Source: Staphylococcus phage S6. From it: a DNA stretch of 64,000 bases. A program made the position numbers and the translations under genes. The notes under the pieces were generated by a model. It was given only the letters and a program-made list of their open reading frames with translations, did not search any database and was not told the origin of the DNA. The stretch lies in sequence record LC680885.1, one strand, 5' to 3'. Below are positions 38,992 to 46,677 of this stretch, one piece after another (position 1 is the first letter of the stretch; each line of letters opens with the position of its first letter).

Positions 38992-39012
38992 ATGAATTAT
39001 AGGTATTGGGAT
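38978..39012. terminator. bidirectional terminator hairpin ATCCCAATACCTA/TAGGTATTGGGAT (CCCAATACCT family), overlapping the stop codon of 37717-38991
   Basis: 13-bp perfect inverted repeat between convergent genes. Confidence 0.65.
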
Positions 39013-39018
39013 AAATTA

Positions 39019-39753
39019 TTAACCGATGTATTTTTGAACATCATTTAATACATCTACATGACTCTTCATAGCATTATTAATTACTTTTCTATAAAGTACA
39101 TTAAGTTTATTAAGATCATTAACCATTCGTTGGTTTTCTCTTATTTTTTCTTCTTCAATTTCTTTATTAGCAAATTTAATTGAAGTCTCTGAAGCGGATT
39201 TCATTGTATCTGCTGAAATCTTAAATGATTTAGCGAATGATTTAGCTTCATTGAATTGTTCAAAAGATTTATTAACGACATAATCTAAATCAATAGACAT
39301 TGTTAATGGTATTTCCAAGTAATGATCATTTTCTTCTAATTCTTTTTCAAAGTCATGGTATTTCATTGGGAAACTATCATGACCTGCATAATTTAAAGTA
39401 TTTTCATACTTTCTTAAATCGGCAGCTTTCCATATATTAAATACTGAAGCTGGACCTGAAAGTTTACTCATTACGTTATTTATTTGCTCTTTATTCTTTT
39501 TAATTTTCTTAAGTGTAGATTTAGTTTTAATTGTAACTCTGTTAAAATTAGTATTAAAGAATTTCATAAATTTAACTAATCCATTCTTAATTAATGATAG
39601 TATATTTAAGAAAAATTCTTTAACAGTTTGAAAGAAATCTTTAACAGGCGATTCGTTTAGAGTATTTAATTCATTATTAAACTTTAATGATTCATTTACA
39701 ATTTCAATTTCTTCCTTTAAGAATTCGTTATTATAATCTTTATTTTCTAACAA
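39019..39753 (-). CDS. hypothetical protein, paralog of 39841-40635
   Basis: 244 aa. Shares ...KEFF..I...I...F.KF..FF...FN... N-terminal architecture with the next gene. Confidence 0.55.
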   Translation of the reverse strand: MLENKDYNNEFLKEEIEIVNESLKFNNELNTLNESPVKDFFQTVKEFFLNILSLIKNGLVKFMKFFNTNFNRVTIKTKSTLKKIKKNKEQINNVMSKLSGPASVFNIWKAADLRKYENTLNYAGHDSFPMKYHDFEKELEENDHYLEIPLTMSIDLDYVVNKSFEQFNEAKSFAKSFKISADTMKSASETSIKFANKEIEEEKIRENQRMVNDLNKLNVLYRKVINNAMKSHVDVLNDVQKYIG

Positions 39754-39787
39754 GAAGAATCTTTCTCCTTTCTTTATTAAATAAAAA

Positions 39788-39820
39788 GACCTAATACCCT
39801 ATTATTAAGAGTATTAGGTC
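39788..39820 (-). terminator. hairpin GACCTAATAC/GTATTAGGTC between two same-strand genes
   Basis: 10-bp perfect inverted repeat with 13-nt loop. Confidence 0.5.
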
Positions 39821-39840
39821 CTATATATTATAGAAATTTA

Positions 39841-40635
39841 TTATTTTTTGGCAGCAGCTTTTTCTTCTTTTTTACCTGCACTATTAATAGCTTTAGCGGC
39901 AGTAAATGCTGTAGCTAATGTTTGGTTAGATAATTTAACAGCTTTAGATACAGCTGTACGAGCTAATGAATGTGCTTTAGAAGCATTTCCAGCAACACGT
40001 TTTTTCTCAGTGATAGCTTCTTTATCACCTTTAGCGGCAGCTGTTACGCCTTCTTTTGCAACACGTTGAGCTTCTTTATTAGTTTGGTCTACTACTTTAG
40101 CAGCAGCTTTAACTTCACGTACTGAACCTTCAGCAGCTTGAGCAGCTTTAGAAGCATCACTAATGTTAGAAATAGTTCCAGAAACTAAATTCTTTTCATC
40201 AGCAACACCTGATTTAGCTCTTTCGAAACCACGATCAAAGTTGTTACCATCTGGTTTAGCTAATTCGTTTAAGTTTTTCAAAGCAGAAGGTGCTAATAAA
40301 GAATAACTTTTAGCTTCTTCAAGTTTAGCAGAAGATTTAACTCCAGCGATATATTTTTTAACATTTAAAGTACGAGCTTGTAATTTGTTGAATGCTTCAA
40401 CGAAGAAAGCAGTGAATTTTTTGAATGCTTCAGCGATAGCTTTAGCGATTTTGATGAAGAATTCTTTAGCTTTTTGAGCATATTCTTTTAATTTGCTAGA
40501 ACCTTGTTCTTCACCTGCAACATCGTCTTCAGCTTCAGTAAGTACATTAACACTTTCTAGAACGAAAAGTTCTGTTTGAGTTGCTTCTAATTCCTCTTGT
40601 AGAGAAACAGTTTCGAATGATTGATTTTGTAACAT
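39841..40635 (-). CDS. Ala/Lys-rich hypothetical protein, GC-elevated paralog of 39019-39753
   Basis: 264 aa. About 25% Ala with runs like AAKVVDQTNKEAQRVAKEGVTAAAKGDKEA. Local GC is visibly higher than the surroundings. Confidence 0.55.
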   Translation of the reverse strand: MLQNQSFETVSLQEELEATQTELFVLESVNVLTEAEDDVAGEEQGSSKLKEYAQKAKEFFIKIAKAIAEAFKKFTAFFVEAFNKLQARTLNVKKYIAGVKSSAKLEEAKSYSLLAPSALKNLNELAKPDGNNFDRGFERAKSGVADEKNLVSGTISNISDASKAAQAAEGSVREVKAAAKVVDQTNKEAQRVAKEGVTAAAKGDKEAITEKKRVAGNASKAHSLARTAVSKAVKLSNQTLATAFTAAKAINSAGKKEEKAAAKK

Positions 40636-40679
40636 TATATAATTTCCTCCATTTATTTTATAATTTAAATTTTTTAATA

Positions 40680-41711
40680 TCAGAAACTAATATTAAAATC
40701 AGTTTCTAATTCTTTTCCTATTTCTGCATCTATTTGTTCTGATTCTGATTTACCTTGAACTTCAGCTACCCCAGAATCAATATCAATTTTATCAGCTAAT
40801 TTATTTAAACGTTCAGTAGCTTTATTTTGTTTCTCACGTGATCTATCTGATAAATCATTATTTTGTTCACCTTCAATGATTTTAACAGCTTCACGTAAAT
40901 ATTCAGCTATATCTGAACGAGTTTTAATTACTTTAATATAAGCTTGTTTTGTTAAATATAAAGCTAGCATAGAACCTGCAATAACCATTATAGAAATGCT
41001 GCCGTATTTAATAGTTTTTTCTGACATTTTTAAGTATTTATTATCTTTAGCTTTTTTAGCTAAATCTACTATATCATCAAAACTAAATTCTTCATTAGCA
41101 TTTACAAAAGAGCCATCAAATTTAAAAATTTCTTTAAGCTTTCCTGCTTTATACATTTTTAAAACATTTTCCAAAGTATTTACTTCTAAAGAATTTTTAT
41201 TTTTAAGTTTTTTACCATCAAATTGTAATTTACCATCTTCATTACTAAATCCTAAGAAGAATAATTGTGAAGTTAATAACATAACTGTTGATGCTAAAGT
41301 AGTATAAACGATTTGACCAACTTCATTACCATTATTAAAACATTTTTTAAAGTTATTTTTTTCTTTTTCAAGTAAGTTTACAGAATTCTCAATAGTATCA
41401 AAAACGGAAATAAGTTTAGGGTCAAAGCTATTAGATTTTTGACTTTTTATGTATTTAAAAGTCTTTTCAAAATCTTTATAAGCTTTAACCTTTTTAAAAT
41501 CGCCTTTACTAGAAAGGATCGATTTTAAATTTTTATTTCCAGATTTTTTCAACATTTTTTCAGATGTTTTAGAGATTGCAACCGAAAGAGCTTCCATCTT
41601 TTCTTCTGGTTCTAATCTTTTAAAAGGTCTGAATGGTAAAGAGAATTCCTGTAAAACTCTTTGTGTAATTGCATCTTCAGTTAGAAGATGTTTTCTTTCA
41701 AGAAGTTCCAC
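40680..41711 (-). CDS. hypothetical membrane protein (two hydrophobic segments)
   Basis: 343 aa. QIVYTTLASTVMLLTSQLFFLGF and YGSISIMVIAGSMLALYLTKQAYI hydrophobic stretches. Confidence 0.55.
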   Translation of the reverse strand: MELLERKHLLTEDAITQRVLQEFSLPFRPFKRLEPEEKMEALSVAISKTSEKMLKKSGNKNLKSILSSKGDFKKVKAYKDFEKTFKYIKSQKSNSFDPKLISVFDTIENSVNLLEKEKNNFKKCFNNGNEVGQIVYTTLASTVMLLTSQLFFLGFSNEDGKLQFDGKKLKNKNSLEVNTLENVLKMYKAGKLKEIFKFDGSFVNANEEFSFDDIVDLAKKAKDNKYLKMSEKTIKYGSISIMVIAGSMLALYLTKQAYIKVIKTRSDIAEYLREAVKIIEGEQNNDLSDRSREKQNKATERLNKLADKIDIDSGVAEVQGKSESEQIDAEIGKELETDFNISF

Positions 41712-41888
41712 AGGGAATCTCCACTTCCTTTCTAGGAGTTAATCCAAATATAATAAAATAATAAATGAAACCTACACGCTAATATAAATTTTCATTTTAT
41801 ATTTTATAAATTTTTGTTCTAAATATAATTTCATTAATTTATTCAAATTAAGAAATATATCTTATTATATAATAACTGTTTCTATTAA

Positions 41889-43358
41889 TTAACGTTTTAA
41901 TAATTTTTCAAGCATTTCTGAAGTTAAATCTTTTTGATTATTCTTAACTTTGTAAGCACCAAGTTTATTTTCTTTAATAACTTCAAATTTGTTATGATCT
42001 GGTAAATATTTATAAACTAATTCCCTAGTTTGGTCTAATATAATAAAATCTAATAAGAAGAATTCATTATAAATTTTCTTAGCAGCTCTACGGTCAGATA
42101 ATAAATCCACACCAGTTTTACGTTTAACTTCATTAGCTTCATCAATAGTAATCATTAAAGCTGTTGTTGGAATATAGTTAGCTTTAGCTGATTTAGCAAT
42201 TCCTGAAGCTTTATTAACAGAGTAGAGAGAATTTAATTTGTTCCAAATAGAACCAGAACGTCCTTTTTTAGAGTCTTGTGCAATTTTCTTAACTTTATCA
42301 GCGTCCAATAATAAATCTTTAACTAGACGTAATTCACCTGTAGTAAATTTAACTAATTTAGTTACTAAGTTTGAGCCACGAGATTTATCAGAAAGATAGA
42401 AAATGATGTCTTCAGTTTTAACAACATGAACTACTGTCTTAACACCGAATTTAGTATCCTTCTGAATATAATTTGAAGCTGGAAGAGGATTACCATTTTT
42501 ATCTGCAGGTACATAGTTAATTGTAGTTGTTATCGTAGTAGGTAAAGAAGCATTTATTTTTTCTTTATCTATAGTAACTTTTGCTCCAAAATTATCTCTT
42601 TCTGCATCTTTAATAGTAGTAGTAACTTGACCTTTATAATCTTCACTGAATTTTCTTTTTAATTCAGAATTTTTTTCTATAGTGTCGCCATTACTTGATT
42701 TTAATCTACCGTCAAATACTGAATTTATATTTCTATTAGAACTTTCTGACATATTATTAAATTTAAATTCTTTCTCTTTACCATCTTTAAATTCAAGTAT
42801 TTCTAAATTATAAGTTTTATTTGTATTCTTTGATAATTCAAAATCATTTATATCAAATCTAATATCATATTTTACACCATTGGCTTTTACTGCATAACCG
42901 CTATTTGATTCATTTAATAGTTCTTTCATTTCTTCTCTAGTGATAGTCATATCATTTAAAGAATTCATATTAAATTTTTCTTCAGGAGTTTCTAATAAAT
43001 AATCATTGGATCTTTTAATATCCTCTTTTGTACTTTCAGCTAAATTTACATTATTATGCAAATCAGACATAAATGAAGTAGGATCTTTTGGATCAAAAGT
43101 TTGTAACGGTGAATTCGTTAATACAAAATCAAACTCAAAAGCTCTCTCTAATTCTAATTGGTTTCTCATTAATTCAACTGTGTCTTGTTCTATAGTATCA
43201 GATGTAACTAAAGGAAACTGTAGTATAAAATCTCCAGATCTTTGCTTTAATGATCTTTTTCTTTTGTTATTATCTTTATAGTTTTTACTTATACTTGTAG
43301 GATTTAAATCTTTTAAAAGACCTATTACATCCGTAAATAAGTTTACTTTATTGGCCAA
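41889..43358 (-). CDS. hypothetical protein
   Basis: 489-aa ORF. Confidence 0.55.
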   Translation of the reverse strand: MANKVNLFTDVIGLLKDLNPTSISKNYKDNNKRKRSLKQRSGDFILQFPLVTSDTIEQDTVELMRNQLELERAFEFDFVLTNSPLQTFDPKDPTSFMSDLHNNVNLAESTKEDIKRSNDYLLETPEEKFNMNSLNDMTITREEMKELLNESNSGYAVKANGVKYDIRFDINDFELSKNTNKTYNLEILEFKDGKEKEFKFNNMSESSNRNINSVFDGRLKSSNGDTIEKNSELKRKFSEDYKGQVTTTIKDAERDNFGAKVTIDKEKINASLPTTITTTINYVPADKNGNPLPASNYIQKDTKFGVKTVVHVVKTEDIIFYLSDKSRGSNLVTKLVKFTTGELRLVKDLLLDADKVKKIAQDSKKGRSGSIWNKLNSLYSVNKASGIAKSAKANYIPTTALMITIDEANEVKRKTGVDLLSDRRAAKKIYNEFFLLDFIILDQTRELVYKYLPDHNKFEVIKENKLGAYKVKNNQKDLTSEMLEKLLKR

Positions 43359-43442
43359 TTTATATTTCCGCCTTTCTTTTTCTTATTATTTTTATAAAGA
43401 TATGTTTGATCATAAGAAACAATAAAAAAGTAAAAAAAAAAT

Positions 43443-43483
43443 AAATTTAGATATCGTATCAATTAAGACACGATATCTAAATT
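43443..43483 (-). terminator. terminator hairpin AAATTTAGATATCGT/ACGATATCTAAATTT with A10 run on the plus side
   Basis: 15-bp perfect inverted repeat preceded on plus by aaaaaaaaaataa, which is a T-run in minus sense. Confidence 0.6.
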
Positions 43484-43983
43484 TTTATGAGTGAGTTATT
43501 TTTGAATACCTATCATATTCGAGAAGTAATTCTTTATTTATAATTAGATAGTATATGTTCATTTATAAAGTTGTCTACTCCATAAAAATGCCCTTTATCA
43601 TCTATTTCTTTTATTCTATTCTCCAAATCTTTAATTCTTCTTTCTAAATAATCTTCATCTTTATTCAATTTTTGAATCTCTCCCCATTTATATTACTACT
43701 ATTTAATATATGACATAAATATGTGTGAACGGACTAGCCACCTTAAATATAATAGATATGACTGTTTTGATTATTGACCTAATGTCATTTGGTAATCTTT
43801 TTATTGTTTAACTCACTCTGTTCACATTTTGTTATTTTATACTTCCACTCATTCTAGTATAGGGGGATCTAAAACGAATCGGCATATTTATATATCTTAG
43901 TAGAATATAGTGTATTAATGAGAAGTTAATTTCTTAACTTCTCACCTTTATAATATATATTTAAAAATTATTTACAAAAAAAA

Positions 43984-44003
43984 AGAAGAATCTTGAGATT
44001 CTT
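43984..44003 (-). terminator. terminator hairpin GAAGAATC/GATTCTTC after the 176-aa gene
   Basis: 8-bp stem with 4-nt loop preceded on plus by A9, which is a T-run in minus sense. Lies just 3' of the stop at 44006. Confidence 0.6.
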
Positions 44004-44005
44004 CT

Positions 44006-44536
44006 TTATCTATAAAAATTTGGATTAGTCATACTTTCTCGTATTTGTTCTACAAACTCATCCTTCGAGTCACTAATGACACGAGCTTTTCCTTTTCTTT
44101 TATAAGGATTAGAAACAGAAATCGATACATCTTTTTCTTTAGCTTTGAAAGATATCATTGAGTTAGCTTCATAAAATAGTTTATTATGATTCATTCTATT
44201 TATATGTCCCCAACTATAACCATTTCTTTTTAAATAATATTTGGCTTTTTGATAGTCAGACATTACATCTTTATTAAATTGTTCTTTATCTAAACCTTCT
44301 TCTTTCATAAAATTATCTTTTTTATTTTTTAGTTCTTTTTCTTTTTCATTAATTTTACGAATTTCTTCTTTCTTTTTCTCTTCTTCTATTTTTATTTTTT
44401 GAATTCTTTCTCTTTCTATTTCTTCTGCTTTTTTAATTCTTATTCTTTCTCTTTCTATTTCTTCTTCAATTTTTCTTTGTTTTTTCATTTTTCTATCATT
44501 TCTGATTTCTTTAATTTTATTTAACATACTATCCAT
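44006..44536 (-). CDS. hypothetical protein with ER/K-rich charged helix, paralog of 45089-45541
   Basis: 176 aa. ...EEIERERIRIKKAEEIERERIQKIKIEEEKKKEE... plus C-terminal YQKAKYYLKRNGYSWGHINRMNHNKLFYEANSMISFKAKEKDV. Confidence 0.55.
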   Translation of the reverse strand: MDSMLNKIKEIRNDRKMKKQRKIEEEIERERIRIKKAEEIERERIQKIKIEEEKKKEEIRKINEKEKELKNKKDNFMKEEGLDKEQFNKDVMSDYQKAKYYLKRNGYSWGHINRMNHNKLFYEANSMISFKAKEKDVSISVSNPYKRKGKARVISDSKDEFVEQIRESMTNPNFYR

Positions 44537-44558
44537 CCTTTATTATTTTATTTATTAA

Positions 44559-45074
44559 TTAAACTAATAATCCTTTTGAAATAATTATTTCAAAATAAAT
44601 TCTATCAAATTCAGGTTCTCCTTTTTTATTATAAATTACAAATGGGTATTTAATATCTCTAATATATCCATTATCAAGTAAATAGCTATTTTCCAGTTTC
44701 ATCTTTTTAATTTTCTTTTCTAATTTATTTCTACTAAATTTTGTCAAATTTAAATCAAATTTATAAAATTGTGTGTTACCTGCTGTATAGTAAAGATTTT
44801 CATATTTATCTATTGCAAATAATTTTCCAGTAAATCCTACAACTTTCTTAGTTTTTGTTTTTACATCTTCAATATTTAAATATTCTAATTCTCTACCAAT
44901 GCAATTTAATTCTTTATCAGCTAAATCGTTAAAATCTTTAATATAATTATCTTTCTCTTGTTTTAAAATTTTATTTAAATCCATAAAGACATCAATTTTA
45001 AATTTTTCATCTTCAAAAAGTTTAAATTCTCTTACACTATTTTCTTTTTCAATTACAGTTATTCTTTTACTCAT
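44559..45074 (-). CDS. hypothetical protein
   Basis: 171-aa ORF sandwiched between the two paralogs. Confidence 0.5.
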   Translation of the reverse strand: MSKRITVIEKENSVREFKLFEDEKFKIDVFMDLNKILKQEKDNYIKDFNDLADKELNCIGRELEYLNIEDVKTKTKKVVGFTGKLFAIDKYENLYYTAGNTQFYKFDLNLTKFSRNKLEKKIKKMKLENSYLLDNGYIRDIKYPFVIYNKKGEPEFDRIYFEIIISKGLLV

Positions 45075-45088
45075 ATTAATCCATCCTT

Positions 45089-45541
45089 TTATTTTTTTAA
45101 TTTTTCTTCTAGTTCTTTTATTCGTTTATTTAAATACATAGCTTCTTTTATAGTTTCTATTTTTACATTTTCTTTCCTAGCTTTATATTCAACTAATGAA
45201 TTTGCTTCTAAAAATATCTTATAATTATTCATTCTTTTTAAATCGGACCAATTAAATCCATTTCTTAAAAGATATTGTTTAGCTTCTTGGTAATCAATAT
45301 TTTCAGATCTATCAAAATATGATTTAATTAGACCTTCTTTTTCTAAGAAAGCTTTTGTTGCTTTTTCTCTAGCTTTCCTTTCAGATTCAACTCTTTCATT
45401 AAATTTAAGAAGTTCTTCTTTTTCTCTCTCTTCTTCTTTAATTCTTATTCTTTCTCTTTCTTTTTCTTCTTTAATTCTTTTTTCTTTTGCTTCTTTTCTA
45501 TTTTGTCTAAATAATACAATTTCCTCTAATAACATTAACAT
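45089..45541 (-). CDS. hypothetical protein with ER/K-rich charged helix, paralog of 44006-44536
   Basis: 150 aa. KEEKERERIRIKEEEREKEE... plus C-terminal YQEAKQYLLRNGFNWSDLKRMNNYKIFLEANSLVEYKARKENV. Confidence 0.55.
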   Translation of the reverse strand: MLMLLEEIVLFRQNRKEAKEKRIKEEKERERIRIKEEEREKEELLKFNERVESERKAREKATKAFLEKEGLIKSYFDRSENIDYQEAKQYLLRNGFNWSDLKRMNNYKIFLEANSLVEYKARKENVKIETIKEAMYLNKRIKELEEKLKK

Positions 45542-45685
45542 TTTAAATACATCCTTTTTATTTAAATTAGTTGATTAATAATTATCAACTTCATAATTAT
45601 AATATAAATTTATAAATTAATTTATTACGGAAAATCTACTTTAACATAGCCTTATTAAAAATAACGATTGGTGGTGTAAAAGAGA

Positions 45686-46654
45686 TTGGCTGAAGATAAG
45701 AAAACTACGGAAGAAAAGTTTAAAAAAGCATTAAAAGAAGAAGGAGATATAAAAGAAATAAAATCCTTTAATCCATATAGAATGAAAGATAAAAACTCAG
45801 AGATATTTAATAAAGGATTACCTTTTATTTTCATAACAGCTCCTAGAATAAATCTAGTAGACGAAAATATAGGAAGAGAAAGTTTCTTTCTTTATTTAAA
45901 ATCAGTTAAACCTGATTTATTAAAAAGCTTAAATTTTAGTAATAATGGAGCCTTAAGCTCAGGTAGACCTTTCATCCCAATCCTTTCAAATAGATTTATG
46001 GGAATATCTATTCCCGATACACAAACAACAATGAAAGAATTTCATGAAACATTTTACGGTTATAAACAACATTTACCGGTAGGTACAGTTAATTCAGTTG
46101 CTGGTGGAGAAATAGCTGTAGATTTTGAAGAGAATAAAGAAATAGACGTTATACACTTAATTAAAGCCTGGAGTGATTATATAGAAGGTGTGACTAGAGG
46201 TTATCTATTCCCTTCAGATGATGCTAAAGATAAACGTTATATAGATTATACTAGTTCTATATATTATTTCTTATTAGACTTTGATGGTGAAACTGTATTA
46301 CATTATTCTAAGTATACTGGATGTTTCCCTATAAATGTACCTTACGATATATTCTCACAAAATATTGGTGATGATCCAGAAGTTCCTCACGTTTCTATTA
46401 ACTTTGCTTATTCATATAAAGAAGATATGAATCCCGATATATTAGTTGACTTTAATTCAGTTTCAACAATGTCTACTAGTATAGCTAATGCATCTGGAAC
46501 TGAACCTATTAGAGCTAATATTAATAATGCAACTATGGGTATAAAATTAAATTATGATGAAATGTATCCAGTTAATACAGGTAATCCTTATATCGTTGCA
46601 GGACAAAGAAAAGAAGACAAAGCTAAACCTAAATATAGATTAAGATTTTTATAA
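45686..46654 (+). CDS. hypothetical protein (possibly virion-associated)
   Basis: 322 aa. TTG start with GGTGGTG at -9. Confidence 0.5.
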   Translation: MAEDKKTTEEKFKKALKEEGDIKEIKSFNPYRMKDKNSEIFNKGLPFIFITAPRINLVDENIGRESFFLYLKSVKPDLLKSLNFSNNGALSSGRPFIPILSNRFMGISIPDTQTTMKEFHETFYGYKQHLPVGTVNSVAGGEIAVDFEENKEIDVIHLIKAWSDYIEGVTRGYLFPSDDAKDKRYIDYTSSIYYFLLDFDGETVLHYSKYTGCFPINVPYDIFSQNIGDDPEVPHVSINFAYSYKEDMNPDILVDFNSVSTMSTSIANASGTEPIRANINNATMGIKLNYDEMYPVNTGNPYIVAGQRKEDKAKPKYRLRFL

Positions 46655-46677
46655 AGAAAGAGAGTTGAAAATAGTAA

